From Felis catus (taxonomy: Eukaryota), in contig NC_058368.1 of the NCBI RefSeq assembly GCF_018350175.1, forward strand, positions 85,500,001 to 85,564,000: 64,000 nt of DNA, given 5' to 3'. Under the pieces are notes generated by a model. The model saw nothing but the letters and a program-made list of their open reading frames with translations. It was not told the origin of the DNA and did no database searches. The first letter of the stretch is position 1. Each line of letters opens with the position of its first letter. A program made the position numbers and the translations under genes. Below, piece by piece: positions 39,250 through 50,521 of the stretch.

Positions 39250-40025
39250 AACACATTACTACACCCTTATCAGTTAAACAAACAAACAAAAACAAAACAA
39301 CAACAACAACAACAACAACAAAAACCACACACACAAACCCCACCAATTTATTTCCTTAGACTTCAGGTAGTCAGAGGTCTGAAATTGGTCTCACTGAGCT
39401 AAAATATAGTCATTGTCAGGCTGCATTTCTTCCGGAAGCTCTTGAAAATAATAGTTTCCTTGCCTTTTCACATTCTAGATGTGTTCCTTGGCTGGTGTCC
39501 TCTTCCCTGATGTTTGGTCAACAATATTGAGCTGAAAAGTCATACTGTCCTTTCTCTGATTCCTCCTCCTCCTTCCACTTCTAAGACCTTTATGATTAGT
39601 TTGGGCTTTATTGATATCCAGAATAATCTTTCTATTTTAAAGTCAAGTGTTTAGTAAGGCACCTGGGTGGCTCAGTCAGCTAAGCATCCAACTCTTGATT
39701 TTGGCTCAGGTCATGACCTCATAGCCATGTGATTGAGCCCCATGTCAGGCTCTGTGTTGACAGCATCCAGCCTGCTTGAGATTCTCTATCTACCTCTATC
39801 TCTTTCCTTCCCCACTTGTGCTCTCTCTCTCTCTTTCTCTCTTTCTCTCTCTGAAAATAAATTAATAAACATTAAAATAATTAAAAAAATAAAGTCAACT
39901 GTAATTCCATCTGTATATTGGACTTTGTTTTGTCATGTAACCCAACATATGCTCTATCTCTGGACACCTACAGTGTCCAGAGATAGAACATGGACATCTT
40001 TGGGGGTCCATTTTTATGGTTACCA
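39250..40025. mobile_element. MaLR (MLT1-like) LTR remnant interrupted by a SINE
   Basis: aatttatttcctt...cagaggtctgaaattggtctcactgagctaaaa...gtttccttgccttttc...ccagaataatct...catggacatctttggggg, matching recalled MLT1 motifs. Confidence 0.65.
39657..39890 (+). mobile_element. CanSINE
   Basis: ggcacctgggtggctcagtcagctaagcatcc...CT-rich...aaaataaattaataaacattaaaa. Confidence 0.9.
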
Positions 40026-40251
40026 TATGGCTTTCTGTGAATCTGTGTATATGTAAAAGGAGAACACCAAGCCCAGCTCCAGGCAATCAATACCAAGGCA
40101 TAACTTATGATACCTGGTCAACCACGAATATCAGGGACTGCTTATATTAGGTGAACAATATGCTATTTCTTTACCTAAATCATTTATATAACATTTGGAT
40201 TTTTGGTGTTACTTCATGTAACTGTACTGCTATAAATCTTTCATACTGTCC

Positions 40252-40360
40252 ATTTATACACTTTAGTAAAATTTATATACATTTAGTAAATTTAGTAAAT
40301 TTATATACATTTAGTAAATTTAGTAAAATTTATATACATTTATATACTTTAGTAAAATTA
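40252..40360. repeat. Compound AT-rich minisatellite built from tttagtaaa and tttatatac units
   Basis: Directly visible alternating ~9-bp units. Confidence 0.85.
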
Positions 40361-41377
40361 AAACTGTTACTTCAATAAAAATTTAAAATGTGTTACAACT
40401 AATGAATTAAAAAAGTGCAAGATTGTAATGATTGACATTTAATCATGAAATACAGGGTTTTTCCTTAGTCATATTTATGTAGAATCATGAAAATACACAT
40501 TTAGGCACAATGCAGATCACTCAGTAATTTCTCAATAAAAATAATACTCTTGATATTTGTTAGTGCTGCTATTAATATCATTATTAGTCAATATTGTTAT
40601 TTTATTTTTTTCTTATTTAATTCACCAGAATTACCACCATTTGATATGTATATATATCTTTTTTCTCTCACCTCATTGATTGTGCATTGGTAAATACTTG
40701 TGTAAATATAAAATTAAAAAAAAAAAACGTTATATATTGGTTTGGAGAATCCCAGTAAAATGAGTTTAATTGATGTAAAGTAATACCAAGCACTTATGCT
40801 TTGCTTTGATCATTAGTAAACTGTTGTAATAATCTCCAAGTTTTATGAAAGCATTTGTCACCAGGTCAGGTGTTTTTTTTTTTTTTTTTTAATTACCTTT
40901 CCTCATTCCTATCGATCAATAAGAAAGATTTTCGGTTACAGCAAAAGCAAAGAAACAGGCAAATATTTATTTGATACATCTATTGCCTTGTATTCACTGT
41001 GTAAATTAAACTCAATAAATCACACTGTGAAAGAAACATCATTTTCCCCCTTTTACAGATGATTAAACTGAAGCTTGGAGTGTACGTGTCACTCACCACA
41101 AATCATCTATCTAGAAAGTTTTGAGACTAGCAAGGTTAAATTTAGTCTTCCCTCTTTAGAAGATTTTTTTTTGCGGGGGAGAAGATACCTTTCTTCAACA
41201 CTATGTACCCTATGCAATTACCAGATTTTCTTGACATACTGATTACTACTAAAATACAGGATAGCAGGGTTGAATGCACTCTTTGGTATAAGACAAGTAG
41301 TTTACATGCTATCTTATTTAACAATATTATGAGGCAGATGTCACTTTCAAATCACTCATTTCCTAATTTTAGCATTT

Positions 41378-41572
41378 TTAGTTTATTTATTTATTTTGAC
41401 AGACAGAGAGAACAAGGGGGTAGGGGAAGGAGAGAGAGAGAATCTTAAGCAGGCCTTGTGCTGTCAGCATAGAGCTCCACATGGGGCTCAAACCCACAAA
41501 CCATGAGATCATGACCTGAGCCCAAACCAAGAGTCAGATGCTTAACAAACTGAGGCACCCAGGTGCCTCCCC
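41378..41572 (-). mobile_element. CanSINE
   Basis: Ends ...ctgaggcacccaggtgcctcc; TSD attttagcatt. Confidence 0.9.
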
Positions 41573-41599
41573 TGGATTTTAGCATTATGTGAGTCAAAC

Positions 41600-41861
41600 A
41601 AGACATTCCTTCAGGGATCAAATATCCTGAGATTTTAAAATAATATGTATGGAGATGATAAATGGAGAAGGTAATTGGCCTTCCGTATTCTTTCAAATGT
41701 GTTCCCATTGGCATTTGCAGAACCTAGAACCTGGGACTTCCTAGACTTTAGCCAGGTGACTTGTACTTTATACTAGTACAGAAGCATTTTTTGAGTTACA
41801 AATAGTGATTTGCGTGTCAGAGACATGGATCACTAGGCAGCTGACCCTGAAGCAGGTGAGT
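41600..41861 (+). promoter_or_regulatory. Candidate promoter and first non-coding exon of the OR2T8-like gene
   Basis: O/E(EBF)-like half sites (ttcagggat, ttcccattgg, cctgggact) and homeodomain taattg (41672), followed by a perfect donor CAG|GTGAGT (GT at 41856-41857). Confidence 0.35.
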
Positions 41862-44511
41862 TCCAGGAGTCTCAGACACGGTGCATAAAACTTAAGGTCA
41901 TGTTCTCTAGTGCTTTTGGTTTTGTCTATTTACTTCCAGAAATTTAAGGACTAGTAATACATAGAAAAGCATCCATAGAAAAACAGAGAAATTAAAATAT
42001 AAAGATTTCACTCAATGACATCATAATCATTCTTTTACTCTTTGCCATAAACATTTTATAAATTTTTAAAACACACGTTTGCATCTCTCCATTAACATAA
42101 TATTGAACACCATTCTTGCTGTTGTACTGTGTTGCCTAGTGGCAATTTTAATAATTTCTTGTCACAATTTCTCACTACACATTGTAAAGGAATGTGAAAT
42201 ATCTTTTGTGTATATTGGGTGTTTTTCAATTTCTTTTGGATTATATTTTAGAATGATATCTGTAAGGACATATTAATGATTCCAAGGGATAGGGTAGTTT
42301 TAGAGTTATTTCTTAATATTTCCAAACTGATACATAAGACATTTTTTATTTTTATTCAACAGTTAATTTTTACTATATTCTAACTGGTAATGCATGTTAC
42401 AAAGAAAAACTTAAATCCAGTAGTAAAGGTATCAAAATAGTAATTATTTTCTTTAATCTGTGTGTTTCTTTAATATCCACTGAGAGTATACATTTTCTAT
42501 AGATATGTAAATCTGTCTTTATAAAATGTTAATTAGGTACAATATATTGATGGTCTTTTCCGGAGACTTGGGATTTGTTTCATGCCCCAGCCCAAAGTTA
42601 GAAGGATGCATTTGATTTCATTATTCACCTCCTCTATTTCTCAGTTTCCTCTAGGCAAATGATGGTTTTGAGTACATGAAAGCAGTAGTGACTACTATTT
42701 ATTGATAACTTGCTAATTTCCAGTAATCAGTTAAGTACTCTCTATATACTATCTTATTTTATCCTTACAACAGCCATACAATGTGATTAAGGACTGGCTT
42801 CTAAAACACAAGAATGTGCTTTCCTTCACAGAATTTGCAATGTTGGAATACATCTTACAAGTGTGCTCTGTGAGAGGCACAAGCCCATACACTCACACGC
42901 TCGATTCCCTCTGCTTGAATTGTGGATGACCTGGAATCTACCGAGAGGGTCTTTTATGTAACTTAAATGGTAGAGAGGGTGGGAATCGTGTGTTCCTTTG
43001 GATCAATCAATTTTCCGATATTTATCTTATATGTGTTTTTGTGTGTTCACAAATTCATTTTAGATATATTTATTCTGGATTTCCTGTTTGCCATGAGATT
43101 TATTTTGTAACAAAACTGAGCCTTGGAATGCATCCACCCAGAAAAGGATAAAAAATAGTTTGCATTATTTAAATTTGTTTATCAATTACATGAAAGACAA
43201 TCATTTAGTCTAGCCTGCAACTTTGAGAATCCGTTATTAATTTTATTTTCTTTGTTAATCAATGTGCCAATCTTCTTACTATCAATTTAATAGTTAGAAA
43301 TAAAAACTGAGAAAACTAAAATGAACATGGGAACTTAACTTCCACAAACTGGGTTATGGACTGATGGTATCTCATTGGTACCTGGCTTCTCCCCTTGATT
43401 TTCCAGAGACAAATCATCTTCTCACATCTCAGCTACTTCATGTACAATATCAAAATAATTGCCATATCTATGTGTTTTAGGTGTTGCAATATTGGATGAG
43501 ATAATGCATATTAAGGGATTATCATAGTGTCTGAAATATTATTTTCTACATTTTTTAACGTCCTTATTTTGTCTGCGTTGTTATATTTGTAGCATAAAAA
43601 TGAGAAACAGGGTCATTTCAGCGTTAATATTTAGGATCAGTGTGGGAATAGGTTTAGGAATTCCCTGAGCTTGCACGAAATGGTCAAGTCTTAGGACAAA
43701 AGCTTAGGAATGGGAAGCCACAGGATGAAAGTGTCCAGGATAGGTAAACAGGGCGAAAGCATCCATAACATAGAACACAAGCAGAAAGCTGTTTTCACAG
43801 GAAGGAGGAGTCCAGAACAGGTCAACAGATCAACAGGTATTCAGGGCTATAGACCACTGCAGCAGGGTGAAATTGCGCAGAGTGGAGCTAATTAGCAAAA
43901 GAAAGGTGTCTTGATAACCCTGAGGTAGCATGCTTGGTCTCTCTTATTCCTAGGCAATTTAAGATAGACTCTGCCTGGTGCCTGCTGTAAACAGCCTTCT
44001 GCTAGTCAAAGGGATTTTCTTTCGTGTGGAGCCAAAACTCTAAGCAACATATCTTCAAAACCCATTTTCTGTCATACACAGGAGTCAACAATCACTGTTT
44101 CATCATCTCTTTCTGGATGTCCATCACACTTGTAAGCCTTCTGATCCTAATGAAAAGGGAGCTAGGACCCTTACTTGGGGCTCTTGTCTCCTCCTGGACA
44201 TTAACCTCTCTCACATTTAATTCTGTGTCTGCTCTCTTGCTGCATAAGAGAGAACATACTCAAAGTCTGTAGCTCAAAATATTGGTCTGTGAAGTATTTA
44301 ACATAGAACAGGCATTTGGGAATGGTGAAAATTTTGCTAATTCTGAGAAAACCACATTGAAGTGCGGATAGAAGTGGGACAATGAATCTGAAAGGATATT
44401 GGATTCTGTGTAATCATAGGTTTTATACAAACAGAAAATAAGAGAATGTGTTTTTTTATCCTGTTTTTAATGTGCGGAACAACACAGATGACTAGATATA
44501 ATTTTGACTTT

Positions 44512-44720
44512 AATTTTTTAATGTTTATTTATTTTTGAGAGAGAGAGAGAGAGTGCATGCTCACAAGTGGAGGAGGAGTAGAGAGAGAGGGAGACAGAGG
44601 ATCCTAAGCAGGTTCTGCGTTGACAGCAGAGAATCTGACGTGGGGCTCGAACTCATGAACTGCAAGATCTTAACCAAAGCTGAAGTCTCATGTTCAACTC
44701 TCTGATCCACCCAGTCGCCC
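44512..44720 (-). mobile_element. CanSINE (first of a tandem pair)
   Basis: T-tail, GA tract, ends ...ccacccagtcgccc; flanked by ttttgacttt. Confidence 0.9.
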
Positions 44721-44747
44721 AAAGTTTTGACTTTCAAAGTTGTATAT

Positions 44748-44979
44748 AATGTTTATTTTTTAGAGAGAGAAAGAGAGAGACAGAGAAAGAGGAGAGAGAG
44801 AGAGCATAAACAGGGGAGGAGCAGAGAGACAGGGAGACAGAATCAGAAGCAGACTCCAGGCTCCAGGCTCCAGGCTCCCAGCTGTCAGCACAGAGCCTAA
44901 GGAGACTGGAACACAGGAGCAGGGAGGTCATCGCCTGAGGTGAAGTCCGATGCCCAAGGACTGAGACACCCAGGCACCA
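44748..44979 (-). mobile_element. CanSINE (second of a tandem pair)
   Basis: Ends ...gagacacccaggcacc; internal (ctccagg)n expansion; followed by ttttgacttt. Confidence 0.9.
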
Positions 44980-45089
44980 CATAGTTTTGACTTTTAAATC
45001 TACTTCGCATTTTAAACCTGTGGACTTACAAATGAATTAAATTTTGACAGGAAATACCACATAAGATTTTATTGTTTAATCTTTGTGCT

Positions 45090-45090
45090 T

Positions 45091-45121
<31 letters not shown>

Positions 45122-45312
45122 TTTTTTAATATATGAAATTTATTGTCATACTGGTTTCCATACAACACCCAGTGCTCATCCCAAAAGATGCCCTCTTCAA
45201 TACCTATCACCACCCTCCCTTCCCTCCCACTCCCCATCAGCCCTCAGTTTGTTCTCAGTTTTTAAAAGTCTCTTATGCTTTGGGTCTCTCCCACTCTAAT
45301 CTCTCTTTTTTT
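45090..45312 (-). mobile_element. L1 3' UTR fragment with (TTTA)n tail
   Basis: aatatatgaaatttattgtca..actggtttccatacaacacccagtgctcatccca...ccctcagtttgttctc. Confidence 0.85.
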
Positions 45313-48300
45313 CTTAGTGAAAGAAATTATTTATGTGTCATAAATTCCATGATACAGTAAAATTTTTAAAACATAAAAAAATTCAAAATTAATAATCAAA
45401 GAACCTGTTGTCTTGGAATGATTAAACATGCTCATGGTGTTTGCTCACGTTAAAAAATTCACAAATGTTGTATTGACTGCAATGTTCAACCCAGACTTAT
45501 TGTAAATATTATGTCATTTAAACTATACCTAGACTTTAACAAATTATAATTAAATCATATATTAGTTCTCAAAAAATATTCATTTACTTGAAAATATTTG
45601 TGTGGAAAATAACTATTTATAGCTAATAGATATAATAATAAGGATATTATTAAAGGTAATCTTTTAGAGTTATTGTATTTTGTCATATGCTATGTACTTG
45701 TATGCATTATCTCTTAATTCTAACAAAGAAAAATACTGTATGTCATTCCATTTTGCACATAATAAAGCTGAGTTTTAAAAAGATTTAAATTATGTTACCT
45801 AAATTTATCTACTACCAATCACTTGAATAGATATTCAAACTCAAGAAGTCGAGTCCTTAAATCTGTACTTCTTTAGCTCATAAAATTAAAGAAAACCATT
45901 CTATTGAGTTACGGATCAAGGAGTACAATACTGTTATCTGTTGTCTAATTTTTAAAATGTTTGGTATTAAATGAACCATGTAACTTTCTAAACTTTAATT
46001 TCCTAATGTTTAAATGTTTATTATGAAGATATTTAACATGACTTTTCATTTGGAAATATAGAATGAATAAAATGATCTTATCACAATGATTATTTTAAAG
46101 TCCTATTAACTTTAAATAATTTCTTCTTCAATTGTAAATTTGCATAAGACCTGCAAACTCATAATTAAAGTAACTTTTCATCTCCAGAATATATTTAAAG
46201 GTGGTTTCAAGCATGGGCATTAGCTGATAGTTTTCAATACAAGGACAGAGCACAAAGGGAGACATAACAGATACAAATGAAGCCAGTGTTAGAAAACAGT
46301 CTAGCAAAATATCAAGTACCTGAATCTTGAAACAAGGAGACTGACTTTATAGTGGTGGAAACATGCACAAATCTTCCTGGTATCTAAGAAGTAAGTGAGC
46401 ACAAGACTTTAGTGTTTTATTGCCCTTTCTTCATGTTATATAAACAATTTGTAATTCATGTCTCTATGTCCAGTATGTCCTGACTCTGGGGTTGTGTAAT
46501 TGGAGAATGTTTATATCAATTTCTTGTCATTCATTAAGACACATATGTGTCTATTCACATCACATAATAAAGAGGTGAAACTCCATAGAATATAGGAATT
46601 TGCAAAGTATACAAAAATTAAAACAATGTACCTAAATAACAAAATACACATAAGTTACTTAAATCTATTAATAAAATTCAAACAATCCAATAGAAAATGA
46701 GAACATAAGATGTTTACAGTGAGTTTGCAGAAGTAATATAAAGTTGAAGATTAAAAGAGTTTCTGCTAAAGTTGAGTTAACAAACTTGTAATTTAAAACA
46801 AAATTAATTTTCACTCTTCTGTGATTGGCTGTAATTATTGTACCTCAAGGTAACTAATGGTATCACATGGAAAAACTGAAGCAAAAATCAACAGTTGTTG
46901 AGAGTGTAAAAGATAGGGATTCAGTTATCTAAAAGACTAAAAGTACTACATTTAGATTATTTATTAGAGGAAATCTTGCCACATTCATCAGGCCATAAAT
47001 TATATTAACAGAAAATTAGAAGAATTCCAAATATTCATAAATATGTTACACTATAAGTATACCATGTAACAAGATGGGGTAGTAAGTGATAACTTAATAC
47101 ACTATATGCATATATATATATATATACATACACATATATATACATATATACATATATATGGCATATGTATGCATCATTGAAATAAAGCAGAGATTGATAT
47201 GATCATTATTATGTTTTATTTATAGCTATTTTGATGAATGGTATATCTGTATCATTTAATGATATAATGGGTATTGGTTATAAATGATAGAAACTGAAAT
47301 CAATGTTAATATTTACAAAAGGTTTTGCCTATCAAAAATTTTACAATGCTTACTAATTAATTTACATAGAAACTAAATAAGGACTTGTAATACAGATTAT
47401 GAATAAACCTGAAACTTAATGTTGTTGGAAATCATTAACAGATTGCTTTCTTTGAAAAAGTAAATTCGTAAGGAAAAGTTAAATGTCACATAAATATAAA
47501 AGAGAAAGTCATTTGCATAAACATCTAATTCTACACAATATATATTTACAGATAAGAAAAAGCTTGAAGCTTCAGGGAAAAGATAATAAATCCCTGAAAA
47601 TAAATGAGATGCTCCATATTTTATTTCCAGGTGATGTTGCACCTCAGAGTAATTTGGGACATCAATTTTTTTGAGCAAGTCTTAAATAACCAGTTAGGTA
47701 ATTAACCAATCAGTTAATTAAAAAGTAATTAATAATTTAATCAGTTAATAAACTAATCTATCTCCTATCTTTTAGGATGTGTGATTACTGGTAACAAAGT
47801 GTTTAAGACTGTAAATAAGATCATTTTTTATGTGCCTTAGGGTTATATTTATTTATAAAACTGGTTATTTTCAATGCACACATTTAATTAAATTCAGAAA
47901 TTTGCGAGTACATATTAGATATAAAAATTAAGTGCTAAGAGGTCTCTAAAATGAGATAAATTCCCTGTAATCACCAGCACGCATCATGCTAACATGACCA
48001 ATATGGTAGTAGGTACTCCAGAACAGAATCTGTGGTAGCTGGAAGCCTGGATATTGGAACCATGGGCTGCATACACATGTAAAATAGAGAAATACAGCTA
48101 GTTTTGTTTCTCTCAGCATCAAAATGAGTGCTAGTAATTGCACATAGGTTTGTATATTTTTTAAATTAAAACAACTCCTCATGACATTGAAAGAAATCTT
48201 GAGAAACTAATTTTGGAAAAGTTATAATTAAGAGATATATCACATTAATATTGGCCAAAATGCATGACTATGAGGCTCTTCCAACACAGAAGTACCCAGG

Positions 48301-48631
48301 CATTAGAAAACTAGGAAGGCATAATATTTACCAACACCGTGAGTAAATTATGTGTGGCATACCAACAAAATATACAGAAATAATAGAAATGTAATGTGCA
48401 CTGCAATGTATACTTGTTATCCAATTTTTGGAAAAAAATATTGTGAAATAACAGCAGAGATGTATGATAGGAGGTAAGGCAAATGTCTTGTCAGGAAATG
48501 AAAGGCTAGAGACATAATTATTCTTCCAGATCTCATTTATTTTTACATCATTTGACCATGTCTTCTTAAGAAAATGCATAAGCTTCCTTTCAAACACCTC
48601 TCTTTTCCTAATCATTCCTTGTCTTCCAGGC

Positions 48632-49585
48632 ATGACTGGAGCCATGGAAGATGCAAATAACACCACAGACACAAACTTCATTCTTCTGGGACTCTTTAAC
48701 CACACTCAGACCCATCTGTTCCTCTTTTCCATGGTGCTCATGGTCTTCCTTTCCTCCCTGATGGGCAATGCCCTCTTGATTGTGCTCATCTATGAGGACC
48801 CCCGACTGCACATGCCCATGTACTTCTTGCTTAGCCAGCTCTCCCTCATGGATGTGATGCTTGTCTCCACCATAGTCCCCAAAATGGCAGCCAACTACCT
48901 AATGGACACCAGATCCATCTCTCCTGCTGGCTGTGGGGCCCAGATATTCCTGTTTCTGACTCTGGGAGGGGGCGAGTGCTTCCTCTTAGCTGCCATGGCA
49001 TATGACCGATATGTGGCCATATGTCACCCCCTGCGCTACCCCATCCTCATGAATCAGAAGCTCTGCTTGAACATGACCACAGGCTCCTGGCTTCTGGGAG
49101 GGGTAGATGGGCTGATGCAAGCTGGCACCACTCTGAGCTTCCCTTACTGCCATTCTCGGGAAATCAACCACTTCTTCTGTGAGGCACCCTCGCTGGTTCG
49201 CCTTGCATGTGCAGACACTACATTTTTTGAGTTTTTCATGTATGTGTGCTGCATCCTGATGCTCTTGATCCCTCTGTCTATCATTTTGGCTTCCTACAGT
49301 CTCATCCTGGCTGCTGTGCTCAACATGAGGTCCACTGCAGCTCGAAAGAAAGCCTTTGCCACCTGCTCCTCTCACCTGGCTGTCGTGGGGCTCTTCTATG
49401 GCACTCTCATATTCACCTACATGCGGCCCAAATCCTACTGTACAGTGGCCCATGACAAGGTGGTCTCTGCTTTTTACACCATCTTTACACCTGTGTTGAA
49501 CCCTCTTATATATAGTGTGAGGAATAAAGAAGTCAAGGGGGCTTTGAAAAAGTGGCTGGAGAAACATTTTCTGGGACATCTATAG
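48632..49585 (+). CDS. Intact olfactory receptor, OR2T8/OR2T12/OR2T33-like (317 aa; 313 aa from the GCCATGG start at 48644)
   Basis: Single-exon 7TM ORF with N-glycosylation sequon NNT and motifs [55 protein letters not shown]. Subfamily-like segments [20 protein letters not shown] and HDKVVSAFY. Branch point ctaat, pyrimidine tract and AG (48628-48629) lie just upstream. Symbol left blank because the paralogues cannot be separated by eye. Confidence 0.97.
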   Translation: MTGAMEDANNTTDTNFILLGLFNHTQTHLFLFSMVLMVFLSSLMGNALLIVLIYEDPRLHMPMYFLLSQLSLMDVMLVSTIVPKMAANYLMDTRSISPAGCGAQIFLFLTLGGGECFLLAAMAYDRYVAICHPLRYPILMNQKLCLNMTTGSWLLGGVDGLMQAGTTLSFPYCHSREINHFFCEAPSLVRLACADTTFFEFFMYVCCILMLLIPLSIILASYSLILAAVLNMRSTAARKKAFATCSSHLAVVGLFYGTLIFTYMRPKSYCTVAHDKVVSAFYTIFTPVLNPLIYSVRNKEVKGALKKWLEKHFLGHL

Positions 49586-50521
49586 TGGGACTCATTTGCA
49601 AAATTGGCAGCAGCCAAAATGAATCCAGATTTTGAAACTTGTGTTATATTAATGTATATTGCTCTCAGTTGGCCAGTTTGTGCTGCTTTTTTTTTAACTA
49701 TTTCATTTATACATGGTAAATTCATTAAAATTTCCATTTGTCCTGCTTTCAGATATTGTCATAGTATTTTTGTTGTAGACTTTGGACCTCAGTAATAAGA
49801 ATAAATGATTGAGGCACTGTAAGTAAAATATATGTTATACATTGATAAAAGAAAGGGGATTTTCAACTTTTAATGTTTGTGGGCCCTGATCATGTGCTCT
49901 CAGGAAAGCCAAACTTTACCATTACCAAGTCAGCTAATCTCACAATATGGGTTCAATTTCTGCCCTGGGAGCCCATGTACATCTACTTCATTTATAAATA
50001 ACTTAAAAGGGAGGATTCCAAAAATAAAGTAAACAGTAAAACCTTCTTGGTTCACATGAGACTGAAGTCAGACAATCCTGCAGATATGGTTAAGCCTTAA
50101 GGTTATAGTCCTATAAGGTCTATAACTTTCTAAAATACCTTTGACCTAATGATTGTAACATTTTATGTTTTCTGCTGTTAGTGAAGATTGTGTATCCCAG
50201 TCAGCTGTCCTAACTTGAGCTGGGAGATTTTTTTTTTCTTTCAGAGATCCTAAAAGATTTGTTCATTTTGTACCAACAACATCAGCCATTTGTATGTGTG
50301 TTTGTGTGTGTCTGTATAAAATTATGAGGATGAATTATTTAAAGAGTGAATAATTATTTTTAAAAAGCAATGTATATACTAGCTTCTATAATTTTTATAA
50401 AATTTTTCAAATAAATTAGAAATGAAATAAATATGAAACAAAATACATAAAACTTGTAGAAGATATATACATATTTATATACTTATAATAAATATTTATA
50501 TATTTATACAGTTTATATACA

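Noticed and set aside
48986..49579. 197-aa antisense ORF overlapping the OR2T-like gene
   Set aside because: Shadow ORF of a coding region; no recognisable domain or independent signals.
49863..49975. aacttttaatg plus gccctgggag downstream of the OR, resembling the H/P-element core AACTTTTTAATGA
   Set aside because: The core match is imperfect and the two sites are ~90 bp apart; not distinguishable from chance without conservation data.
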